From the IMG/VR virus record IMGVR_UViG_3300028591_000079, positions 32,001 to 96,000 of that record: a stretch of 64,000 nucleotides of DNA, one strand, 5' to 3'. The number at the start of each line of letters is the position of its first letter. Within the stretch, counting starts at the first letter, position 1. Origin of the DNA: a virus. Its lineage: Duplodnaviria > Caudoviricetes. Shown in pieces: positions 49,504-58,168 of the stretch. Position numbers and translations under genes: made by a program. Under the pieces are notes generated by a model. It searched no databases. It was not told the DNA's origin and saw only the letters and a list, made by a program, of their open reading frames with translations.

Positions 49504-49920
49504 GAAAAATTAAGTATATACTTTTGACTTGCCTTGACTGGAATATAAAAACTTGACAAAAACAAAAACAAGTCAAGCCCCCGCCCCCCTGTCAAGTCGC
49601 AACCGATAAAATAAAACGAATCACCCGCCCGCTTTACATAGTCAATTAAAACACAAAACAAAAAAAACGCAAGAAAAATTAAGTATATACTTTTTAATCG
49701 CCTTTATATTATACTATTAAAGAAAAATTTTAAACTATAATAAACGCAATTTAAACGGGCTTTTAAAGGGCTTGTTTTTTTATAACTTTACACTATACCA
49801 AAAACAAAAAACACGCTTTTAAACGCAAAAAAACACCTATTAAAATAGTATATACTAAAAAAACGCCTTTAAGGGCTTATACTGGAAACCCCCACCAGTT
49901 AACAGTGCAAAAGATGTAGT

Positions 49921-49996
49921 TAGTCCTTTTGAGTCTCTGAAGTCCTTTTGAGTTCATGCAGTCTTTTGTGGTCTCTGGGGCTGGATCCTTTGAGTC
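49921..49996. repeat. helically phased AGTC box array
   Basis: AGTC at 49922, 49932, 49941, 49960, 49993; variants at 49951, 49970. Confidence 0.7.
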
Positions 49997-50105
49997 TTTA
50001 TTTGGCCAATTATAGGATTTTTGATTGGTAAGTTGTGGGATTATGTTTTATTGATTTTACTGATTAATTATAGATTTTTCTTTAAGTGGGTGTTATAATT
50101 AATGT

Positions 50106-50133
50106 TTGAGTTTAGAATTAAAAGCGATATAGT
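50106..50133 (+). promoter_or_regulatory. promoter heading right orphan block
   Basis: TTGAGT-TTAGAATTAAAAGCGA-TATAGT. Confidence 0.65.
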
Positions 50134-50158
50134 ATAACAAACGAGGAGTATAGTCATT

Positions 50159-50419
50159 ATGAGTAGAAGAAAAGAATTTTTATTATGGGGTGTAAAAAAG
50201 TCTAGGAATGGTATATATTGGAGTGATGGGTTAGGATTATCTTTTATTGATGGTGGTTTGATGACGGAATATGATGGTAAGTATGATGGATCAGGGAAAG
50301 ACATTGGTTGTTGCTTAGTAGAGATGGGGTATTGGTTAGGTGGTAGGACAAAGGTTGATATAAATGTAGCTGGTAAAAAGGAGTTATTGTTTTATTTATT
50401 GAAGAAAGCAAAGGTATAG
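50159..50419 (+). CDS. orphan, tail LLFYLLKKAKV
   Basis: GAGGAG SD. Confidence 0.7.
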   Translation: MSRRKEFLLWGVKKSRNGIYWSDGLGLSFIDGGLMTEYDGKYDGSGKDIGCCLVEMGYWLGGRTKVDINVAGKKELLFYLLKKAKV

Positions 50420-50422
50420 TAT

Positions 50423-50722
50423 ATGAGAAGGGTATTAGTAAGATATTATGGTTGTGTTTTAGAGGGTGGTAAGAAGAAGTATTTTATTTATAGTAATGAC
50501 GAGAGTAAGACTGGGAGGATTTACATATATGTTGGTGGTTATATTGGAATGGGAGACAATGGGATAAGGTTTGGCAGTGGTTATAGTTATGTATTAGGGG
50601 GAGTGGAGAAAAAAGATGGGTGGTTATATGTTGTTTTATTTGGGAGTGGTAAGGGTGGTAAGTATAGTATAGCCAACATAATAGAGAGTGATAAGTATAA
50701 ATTGACTGCTTTGTTAGGGTAA
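50423..50722 (+). CDS. orphan, tail LTALLG
   Basis: Tail motif. Confidence 0.7.
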   Translation: MRRVLVRYYGCVLEGGKKKYFIYSNDESKTGRIYIYVGGYIGMGDNGIRFGSGYSYVLGGVEKKDGWLYVVLFGSGKGGKYSIANIIESDKYKLTALLG

Positions 50723-50726
50723 TAAG

Positions 50727-51050
50727 ATGAGGGATTATGACACTTTGAATCTTTTTTGGGAATATGATGCGATACAGGACTGGGGTAAAGGCGGTTGTTG
50801 GTATCATTTAATCAAGGGAACAAAGAAGCAAGGTATATGGTATGAATGTGATAGTTGGATATTATGGAAAGACGGGAGAGGATATATAGGTTATTGTTTT
50901 AGAAATGAACATAAAAGGGCCAGCAAAACAAATAGAGTAGTATGTGAGATGAAGAGTGGAATAATTGGTGGATACTTAGTTGATAATGGGGACTTTTGTG
51001 ATGGTGGTTATGGCAAGAAAGAATATATAGATTGGTTGTTGGGGGGATAA
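50727..51050 (+). CDS. orphan, tail YIDWLLGG
   Basis: Tail motif. Confidence 0.7.
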   Translation: MRDYDTLNLFWEYDAIQDWGKGGCWYHLIKGTKKQGIWYECDSWILWKDGRGYIGYCFRNEHKRASKTNRVVCEMKSGIIGGYLVDNGDFCDGGYGKKEYIDWLLGG

Positions 51051-51054
51051 TGAG

Positions 51055-51426
51055 ATGATGATGAGGTGTTTGATTAGGTATATTGGGTATTTTGATGATC
51101 ACGACAGGCACAGGCATTATATTTGTAAAAGGATTAATATTTATAGGCATTTATTTGGGTATGGATGTTTAGTTGATAATGATCTTATAAGTTTTGGTGC
51201 TAATGGTGAATGGATATATGATGATTTAATAAGTAACAAGGATTTTGAGCGTGGATGTCCGACAGGGAGAAAGAATGAAATAATTAATAAGGTAGATGGA
51301 TGGGTGTGTGTATGTTATAATATTGAAGATGAGGGCGGCTGCAATGTTTCAACTGGGGAAGTAAGTTATTTTAAGTCTGATATTTTTGACAAAGAAGAGG
51401 ATATTTTAGAATATTTATTGGCTTGA
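51055..51426 (+). CDS. orphan, tail ILEYLLA
   Basis: Tail motif. Confidence 0.7.
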   Translation: MMMRCLIRYIGYFDDHDRHRHYICKRINIYRHLFGYGCLVDNDLISFGANGEWIYDDLISNKDFERGCPTGRKNEIINKVDGWVCVCYNIEDEGGCNVSTGEVSYFKSDIFDKEEDILEYLLA

Positions 51427-51450
51427 AGAAGTAATTAAATATGGTAAAAT
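51423..51450 (+). promoter_or_regulatory. phage promoter (AATTAAA-spacer class)
   Basis: TTGAAG-AAGTAATTAAATATGG-TAAAAT; ATG 7 nt downstream, possibly leaderless mRNA. Confidence 0.7.
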
Positions 51451-51456
51451 AGTAAT

Positions 51457-52194
51457 ATGGTGATAAATGAAGAAAAACATATTGTAAAGCATAATGAAGA
51501 CTTAGGATGGCTATTTGGTTTACCTGAGGGTGTTTTGTATGTATATTATGGTGGTTTGATATTTTTGAATTACGGTTGGTTTCACGAGATGGATAATTGT
51601 GGCAGGCCTGTAATAAACAACATGACGATTAGTGAAGTTGTAAGATTAATAAAAAGTGATACGGGATTAGTAGAGAGGATAGAATGTTTGAGTAAGGGCG
51701 TTATAAGAGACTATTATGACGCAAATGAGATGTTATCAAAGCACAAGAAATTATTAAGCAAGTACGGAATAAAAGAATTAGAGCCTGTTGTTGATGGACA
51801 TTCTTTTGTTATTAAGTTGTGGTTTGAAGATTTTGAAAACGACAGTATGTTTAGGTTTTATTTTAGGACCAGTGGGAGTTATATGGATGGAAGGGTATTA
51901 TTAAAGCTTTTGGGTAGGATAGTTGACAAAGGTGAAGACGGGGTAAAAGAATACAATAAGTGGTTAGAATTTGCACGGTTATTGAAGAAATTTGATATTG
52001 AGATTGGGTGGTTTAATTATTTTAGGTTAGAAGGTGATAATATAGTATTTAAGGGAAAAGACTGGAGATTGGATTGGTGTACTGATTTTGAAAAGAAGCT
52101 GATAAGTATATGTGAGAAGGATAAGGGTAATAATTATAGGATGAGGTGTGGTAGTATTGAAGAATTTGATGCATTATTGGAGTTATTAACGTGA
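51457..52194 (+). CDS. 245-aa protein, probable paralog of 26372-27100
   Basis: Ends EEFDALLELLT. Confidence 0.75.
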   Translation: MVINEEKHIVKHNEDLGWLFGLPEGVLYVYYGGLIFLNYGWFHEMDNCGRPVINNMTISEVVRLIKSDTGLVERIECLSKGVIRDYYDANEMLSKHKKLLSKYGIKELEPVVDGHSFVIKLWFEDFENDSMFRFYFRTSGSYMDGRVLLKLLGRIVDKGEDGVKEYNKWLEFARLLKKFDIEIGWFNYFRLEGDNIVFKGKDWRLDWCTDFEKKLISICEKDKGNNYRMRCGSIEEFDALLELLT

Positions 52195-52541
52195 TATATA
52201 AAAACACTGGAGCTGTTGTAGATTTTAGCAGTGGTTATCCTGAGACTGTTGGGAGACATTGGATTTATTGTAACAGGAATGAAAGAAGGATAACTGAATT
52301 CAAGAACCTATATAGTTCAAATGGGATAAATTGGTATGCTATTGGTTTTGAGAGTTGTGTTTCTGAGGATGTTGGAGAAAATGATGCAATAGAAAAGTGT
52401 AGTTTATGGGAATTATTTAAATGTAAGAAGGTTTTTGATGATGCTGGATTTGTAAGTTTTTGTCATGGTTTTGAGAACATATTTGACATTTTGGATAACA
52501 TAGAAGATAAAAGTGCGATATTGGAAGGGTTATTGAGATGA
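52191..52541 (+). CDS. orphan, tail ILEGLLR
   Basis: Tail motif. Confidence 0.7.
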   Translation: MIYKNTGAVVDFSSGYPETVGRHWIYCNRNERRITEFKNLYSSNGINWYAIGFESCVSEDVGENDAIEKCSLWELFKCKKVFDDAGFVSFCHGFENIFDILDNIEDKSAILEGLLR

Positions 52542-53236
52542 ATTGGGAAAAAATTGTAAAATATATTGAATCAGGGTATTATAAGAAAGATTTGAAGGCA
52601 GCCAAGGAAATTAGCGGATGGCTGGATGTAAGTTATAGGTTTGATTTATGCTCTGGGTGTATTATAGTTGGCGAAAATAATAGAGTTGATATTTTTGATA
52701 CGATGTTTAGGGTTGAAAATTATAAAATAGAACAAATAGAAAAACTGAAAGAGGTTATAGAAGGTTGGGATGATGTAATAAAAGAAATAAAGATTATAAT
52801 GGGGAACCAAGAATATCAAAAACTAATTGAGAAAAAAAGAGGGCATATAGAATTTAATAGGTATGCTAGTGATGGGCGAACTTTAGATTATATAGAATTG
52901 AAATGGGATAAGTCTTTGGTTGATTATATGTTGGGTTTGGATATTATTGGTAATGATTCTATAATTGAGCAGACGGAGGCTATAAACAATATTGATGATG
53001 AATTATATGCAGTTGGGGCGGTTTTTTGTAATCATTTGAAATCAGTGCTCTTTAGTAGATATTTTATATTAAAGAAAGACCCTGGAACTGGCAAATATTG
53101 TATAAAGTTTGAGTATAGCGATAAATTAAAATTGGAGAGTGTAGATCAAAAGCTTAGTATGTTGTTTGGTAATAGGAATAAGTTGTATGTAAAAAATGCA
53201 GAAGAGTTAGATGTTTTGATGGGGTTGATAGAATAA
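52538..53236 (+). CDS. orphan, tail EELDVLMGLIE
   Basis: Long-form tail. Confidence 0.75.
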   Translation: MNWEKIVKYIESGYYKKDLKAAKEISGWLDVSYRFDLCSGCIIVGENNRVDIFDTMFRVENYKIEQIEKLKEVIEGWDDVIKEIKIIMGNQEYQKLIEKKRGHIEFNRYASDGRTLDYIELKWDKSLVDYMLGLDIIGNDSIIEQTEAINNIDDELYAVGAVFCNHLKSVLFSRYFILKKDPGTGKYCIKFEYSDKLKLESVDQKLSMLFGNRNKLYVKNAEELDVLMGLIE

Positions 53237-53545
53237 ATGTTAGAGCGTATACCATTTATTTTTAAAATACTAGAAGCCTATAAGGATGAAACCTATGGGA
53301 ATTATTGGCTAAGGGTAAAATTGACTTTAGACGGATCAGAGCACGTAATGAGTTTGACAGAAGAAGATAAGCGTGTAATATTTTTTCAGAGCACAACCAC
53401 AGAATCCTCTCAAGAAGTGTTAGAAAAAGCAAGAAAAGACTTTAGAAAATTGGAAAAATTGAGAACCAGAAAGAATGATTTTACAATAGAAAGCACAGGT
53501 AAGGCAAAAAAAATCATAAAGGTATTAGAGGAGTTGTTGGTATGA
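53237..53545 (+). CDS. orphan, tail VLEELLV
   Basis: Tail motif. Confidence 0.7.
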   Translation: MLERIPFIFKILEAYKDETYGNYWLRVKLTLDGSEHVMSLTEEDKRVIFFQSTTTESSQEVLEKARKDFRKLEKLRTRKNDFTIESTGKAKKIIKVLEELLV

Positions 53546-53814
53546 TAATTTTTATAAGAGATGTTTTAGATATAGAGTTTGATAGTGAATTAAATGTTGT
53601 TTGGTATGTTATAAGAAATATCCATCAAACCCAAGTCACAGAATATATTAAAGTTTCATACAGCAGCAATCATCCTTTATTATATTGTCCACTTTCTATG
53701 GATTATAACCCCCCAGCAAAATCGTTATCTAAAAAAGTTATTATTGTATTAGATGGTGAAAATGGATATATTGAAGATTTTTATATGTGGCTGGAAAAAA
53801 TCTTGTCAAACTAA
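53542..53814 (+). CDS. orphan, tail WLEKILSN
   Basis: Tail motif. Confidence 0.7.
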   Translation: MIIFIRDVLDIEFDSELNVVWYVIRNIHQTQVTEYIKVSYSSNHPLLYCPLSMDYNPPAKSLSKKVIIVLDGENGYIEDFYMWLEKILSN

Positions 53815-53831
53815 TTAAAAGATGTTATTAT
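53803..53831 (+). promoter_or_regulatory. phage promoter (AATTAAA-spacer class)
   Basis: TTGTCA-17-TATTAT with TG. Confidence 0.6.
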
Positions 53832-53853
53832 AATTTGGAAATGGAGAGTAAAT

Positions 53854-54714
53854 ATGGAAATAAAAGATAAAATTTTAGAAATATTGATTTTTATGACTTT
53901 TGGAAATGATCCTAAGTATTTGTTTTCTGTTTCAAATATTGAAGATAATGCTAAAAGTTGTTATATTGGTATTTCTAATGTTTTATGGTATAATTCAGAT
54001 GTTTGGGGTAATGCTAATGGTAAGTTTATAGAAAATGGCAGACTTTCTTATAAAGATGAATATGAACAATTTTGTAAAGACTGGGTAGAAAGTTTTTTGA
54101 GCGATATAAGAGTTCGTTTGTTTTATCCTAATTCTGTATATAAATATTCTAGTGTGTATGATTATTTGAGAAAGTTACACAATAAATATGTTGCAAGCAT
54201 TGATTTAAATGCAAAATTTGAAAGAGAATTTCCAGAATTATATAGCCTTTGTAATTTTGTTTTTGATGTTTGTGGTAATGTTGGAGAAGAAACTGTTGGT
54301 GTTTTTAATGTTGGAAGAGAAAGTCCATTGTATTTATTAGATGATTATGAGTGGCTTGAACACGAAAAAATAATCAAAATAGATGAAAATGGTTGTGTTG
54401 ATCTTGGAAGCTTTTATCAGTTTATACAAAGACTAGAAGATAATAAAGATAAAATTCAATTAGCAAAATTATTTAATGATTATGCAGGAGAAAACGTAAC
54501 ATGTAGTAAAAGAATCGTAAAGCTTGATGGTGGCGTATATGAGTTTTCTTTTTTGAGTTGGGATCTGTGGAAAAATAAAGAAATAGAATGGCTAGAACAG
54601 ATAGGAGAAATAAAAAAAGAGCCTGGGTATTTTACTTCGTTTACTAATTTGGTTATAACTGGAACATATGAAGAAATTGAAACTATGTTGGAACTTGTAA
54701 AAGGTGGAAAATAA
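53854..54714 (+). CDS. 286-aa protein, paralog of 25181-26041
   Basis: Ends GTYEEIETMLELVKGGK. Confidence 0.8.
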   Translation: MEIKDKILEILIFMTFGNDPKYLFSVSNIEDNAKSCYIGISNVLWYNSDVWGNANGKFIENGRLSYKDEYEQFCKDWVESFLSDIRVRLFYPNSVYKYSSVYDYLRKLHNKYVASIDLNAKFEREFPELYSLCNFVFDVCGNVGEETVGVFNVGRESPLYLLDDYEWLEHEKIIKIDENGCVDLGSFYQFIQRLEDNKDKIQLAKLFNDYAGENVTCSKRIVKLDGGVYEFSFLSWDLWKNKEIEWLEQIGEIKKEPGYFTSFTNLVITGTYEEIETMLELVKGGK

Positions 54715-54716
54715 AG

Positions 54717-55418
54717 ATGATGTTTATAAATGTTCTCGTTTTTGTTGTAACTTTTGGTGTTTGTTTTTATATTGCAAAAAGAGATAAAAGAAATAGAAAC
54801 ATAAAAGCAACTTCGGCAAAAATCATGGCAGTAATAGTGGACATGGCTTACCACGGAGACGAATTTGCAAGTTGTTTAAGTATAGATGATCTTATTATTG
54901 ATCTAAAAGTAAAGGCTAGATATGACTTTTTAGATTATTTTGAATGGGATAAAAAATTGACAATTGACAGCGAAGATTCCAGTGCGTTTTGGAAAAAGTA
55001 TGAAGAAGAAAAAAGAAGGTTCAAATCAGATAGAAGATATAAAATATACAAACTCTTTCTAAAAAATCTAACCCGTCATGGGAAAATTATTGTTTTAGAT
55101 GATGGTAGTGTTTATTTGGTTGTTTATAAATACTATTATAATCCTGGTGGAGTGGTGTTGAATTATACATCTTGGCCTAATTCAGCTACTTGTATTGCTT
55201 TAGGCGGCGGTGGAGGAGGAGGCGGTTTTTATTATTTAAATGCGCCAGATTTGAAAAGGAATGACAAATTGAAATGTGAAGGGTTTGAAAAAATAAGACA
55301 AATATGGCACAATACAATAGAAGAAAGAACACACACAATATTTATAATCAAAGAAAACGAGATAGATGATTTTTATAGTATGTGTGAGCTAATATGTGGA
55401 GAAGAACTATCATGGTAA
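54717..55418 (+). CDS. membrane-anchored protein with poly-Gly tract
   Basis: N-terminal TM; ALGGGGGGGGF. Confidence 0.7.
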   Translation: MMFINVLVFVVTFGVCFYIAKRDKRNRNIKATSAKIMAVIVDMAYHGDEFASCLSIDDLIIDLKVKARYDFLDYFEWDKKLTIDSEDSSAFWKKYEEEKRRFKSDRRYKIYKLFLKNLTRHGKIIVLDDGSVYLVVYKYYYNPGGVVLNYTSWPNSATCIALGGGGGGGGFYYLNAPDLKRNDKLKCEGFEKIRQIWHNTIEERTHTIFIIKENEIDDFYSMCELICGEELSW

Positions 55419-55933
55419 TAAAAGAGCAAAATAAAAAAAGTAAAGTATGGTTTGTGGTGGCATGTGAAGAAGAATTTTATATGCCAGATGTTAATATTGT
55501 TTATACTGGAGTTGGTAAGGTAAGAGCTACAATGGCTACACAACACATTATAGACAAATATCAACCAGAAAAAATTATAAATATTGGGACTGCTGGTTGT
55601 ATTAGTGAGTCTTTATGCTTCAATGTTTTTCGTATTGGTAAGATTGTTGAAAGAGATTATGATACAAAAGATGGTAAAATCAATGAAATAGTCTTGGATG
55701 GCAATGTTGTTTTGGGCACCGGAGATAGCTTTGTGGAAGATTGGACTGGTTTGAATTTTTCTTTAGTAGATATGGAAGGGTATGCTGTTGGTTATGTATG
55801 TAAAGAAAATAATATAAAGTTCGAATGTTATAAATATGCAAGTGATACGGGAAATATGGAAAGTTGGGAAAAAAGTTTAGAAGGATGCAATAAAACATTT
55901 GTGGATCTAATTAAAAGCAGTAAAATAGGATAA
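55412..55933 (+). CDS. MTA/SAH nucleosidase-like nucleoside phosphorylase family protein
   Basis: TGVGKVRA, INIGTAG, TGDSFV, VDMEGYA, KYASD. Confidence 0.85.
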   Translation: MVIKEQNKKSKVWFVVACEEEFYMPDVNIVYTGVGKVRATMATQHIIDKYQPEKIINIGTAGCISESLCFNVFRIGKIVERDYDTKDGKINEIVLDGNVVLGTGDSFVEDWTGLNFSLVDMEGYAVGYVCKENNIKFECYKYASDTGNMESWEKSLEGCNKTFVDLIKSSKIG

Positions 55934-56731
55934 ATGAAAAAAGCTATAAATATTTTTGATCTAATAGAAGAAGTAAACAAGGACTTGGGAGAGGACTTGT
56001 TGTTTGCTGTTGTACCAGAAAATGATATTAGTGTTTATGTTATGGTTGCAGATAAAAAAATTGGTAAACAACAAAAACTAATAATAAGCTCAAAATATGA
56101 TATGTTTACCAAAAAAGATGATATACTACGCGCTAAAAAAAGAATTGTAAGTGTTTTGATTCCTTTTGGTTTTATATCTTTAGCAAATCCATATGAACAA
56201 TTTCTATCAAAGGCAAAACAACAAGTGAGTAAAATTAGAAACTTCTCAAAAACAAAAGATTATTTAGAATCCAGATATGGCATAGAATTTGGTCATTATG
56301 CTTGTATGGGAAATTCTTTAGATTGTTTTGTTGTTTTTCCAAAATTAGAGTGTAGAATGAATCCAATGTTTAAGTTTACCATGTATTATAGTCTTTTATT
56401 TGATGGTGATAAGATAAGCGAAAAAAGTTTGAAATCTTATTGTAGAAAAATGGATAAAGTAATAACGAGAATGAAATGTTTGTCTGCGGCTTTTGATAAT
56501 TGTGAGTTGATGTGGAATGGTAAAAACTTTTATAAACACTGTACAATAAAAAGAAGTGGTTTTGGAGATTGGATTATAAAGTTTCCGTATATTGATAAGT
56601 ATTTTGCTGCTCAAGGCATCAATGATATAAAAAAACTGATAAAAATATATCACTATAAAGACACAGACTATTGTATATGGAGAGGATCAACACCAGAAGA
56701 ATTTACTACAATGAGGGAATTACTGAAATGA
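55934..56731 (+). CDS. orphan, tail EEFTTMRELLK
   Basis: Long-form tail. Confidence 0.75.
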   Translation: MKKAINIFDLIEEVNKDLGEDLLFAVVPENDISVYVMVADKKIGKQQKLIISSKYDMFTKKDDILRAKKRIVSVLIPFGFISLANPYEQFLSKAKQQVSKIRNFSKTKDYLESRYGIEFGHYACMGNSLDCFVVFPKLECRMNPMFKFTMYYSLLFDGDKISEKSLKSYCRKMDKVITRMKCLSAAFDNCELMWNGKNFYKHCTIKRSGFGDWIIKFPYIDKYFAAQGINDIKKLIKIYHYKDTDYCIWRGSTPEEFTTMRELLK

Positions 56732-57105
56732 AAACTAAAGAACCTAAATTTGATACAGGTAAAGAGTTGATGGAGTGGAGAAGATCTTATGTCAAAAACT
56801 GGCTCAAAGAACACCATCCGGCCCTTACTTGCACCTACAGAAAAACAAAATTCGGTGGTGAAGACCTGTGGATATGTTTAAACTCTTATTTGAGTGATGA
56901 TGAAATAATGTTTGGAATTCAGTGTCCAGAGTATGCCAAAGACTCAAAAAGCATCATAGGCAATACAATAATTATGGGCGGTGTGAACTCTTTTACAGCT
57001 CCAGTTATGTGTGAAAGAATTGAGAAGCGCATAAAAAAATACGGTAATTATAATGCTTTATGTTTTTTGGATTCAGTTGTAAAAAGATCTGGCAAATATT
57101 ATTAA
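56728..57105 (+). CDS. hypothetical protein
   Basis: ATGA-coupled start 56728. Confidence 0.7.
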   Translation: MKTKEPKFDTGKELMEWRRSYVKNWLKEHHPALTCTYRKTKFGGEDLWICLNSYLSDDEIMFGIQCPEYAKDSKSIIGNTIIMGGVNSFTAPVMCERIEKRIKKYGNYNALCFLDSVVKRSGKYY

Positions 57106-57124
57106 ATGTGGTAGAATATAAATC

Positions 57125-57451
57125 ATGAAAATAAATGTACAGAAATATTTATCAATGCATGACTCGGTGGTAAAAGAAATATTGGATAAAACTGATATTC
57201 CTTTTGCCAGGGTTGAGACTACTTGGTTTAGAAAAGGACAACAGCATAGATATAAAGGTAAAATGCTAAAAATCGAATGTGAAGAACCTATTTTGATCTC
57301 TAGTTATATTGATCTTGGTGATGGTAGAACTTTGAGAATTAGTAATCATGAAAAAAAACAAGGACTACCACCGGCTATGTTGAATTGTGTTTATGAATGG
57401 CAGACTGGAAAAATAGACAATAAAGTGTTGAAAAAAATAATAGGAGACTAA
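57125..57451 (+). CDS. hypothetical protein (LRISNH motif)
   Basis: SSYI..TLRISNH; promoter TGGCAA-16-TAGAAT at 57090-57117. Confidence 0.7.
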   Translation: MKINVQKYLSMHDSVVKEILDKTDIPFARVETTWFRKGQQHRYKGKMLKIECEEPILISSYIDLGDGRTLRISNHEKKQGLPPAMLNCVYEWQTGKIDNKVLKKIIGD

Positions 57452-57452
57452 A

Positions 57453-58106
57453 ATGAAAAAAACATTTAGTAATATTTGGTATAGTATACGTTCTTTTTTG
57501 TGGAAGATAACACCCAAATATCAAGATAGAAGTATATTTACTAAAGAATATTGGGAAATGTGGAAAGATAGACGTAAACAAGGATTTGATGTTTCGGACA
57601 CTTGGAGTCTTGATTATACTTTTACTAAATTTATAGCTCCAAGACTTAATGCTTTTGCTTATACTTATGATTTAGGCAGACTGAGTGTTCCAAATGAAAT
57701 TTTAGATGAAGAACAAAGAGTATCTATCAATAAAGGTTATGAATGGGACGCAATGAAACATCAATTAGTTAATAAAAAAGAAAGACAAAGATGTTGGGAT
57801 AGAGCAATAAAACGCTGGACAAATATCTTACACGAAATGGCTGACGGTTTTAATGATATGAAATTGGAAGAAGATGATTGGGATGCTTGGAGAAAAAAAT
57901 GGGAACCTGTAGCAAATAAATGGAATAAAAAAATACAAAAAGCAAAAACCGTTCAGGAAAAACAAGCAATCTGGAATCAAGTAGGAACATGGAGAAAATA
58001 TGATAATCGTAGTTCCTTTGGTATAAATGTAGATGATGTTGTTTGGGCTATGCGTGAGAGATCTATGGACTTATTCAGAAAATATTATCATTGCTTGTGG
58101 TGGTAA
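57453..58106 (+). CDS. Trp-rich conserved phage protein
   Basis: DTWSLDYT..FIAPRL; LFRKYYHCLWW. Confidence 0.75.
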   Translation: MKKTFSNIWYSIRSFLWKITPKYQDRSIFTKEYWEMWKDRRKQGFDVSDTWSLDYTFTKFIAPRLNAFAYTYDLGRLSVPNEILDEEQRVSINKGYEWDAMKHQLVNKKERQRCWDRAIKRWTNILHEMADGFNDMKLEEDDWDAWRKKWEPVANKWNKKIQKAKTVQEKQAIWNQVGTWRKYDNRSSFGINVDDVVWAMRERSMDLFRKYYHCLWW

Positions 58107-58112
58107 AATGTC

Positions 58113-58141
58113 TTGTCAAAATAATTAAATAATACTACAAT
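58113..58141 (+). promoter_or_regulatory. phage promoter (AATTAAA-spacer class)
   Basis: TTGTCA-17-TACAAT. Confidence 0.65.
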
Positions 58142-58168
58142 ATAAGAGTCAAAACAAAGGAGTAAAAA

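Noticed and set aside
15660-57105. Stop-codon reassignment explaining the short ORFs
   Set aside because: TAA, TAG and TGA all terminate genes cleanly, adjacent ORFs change frame via ATGA overlaps, and known enzymes are full length in code 11
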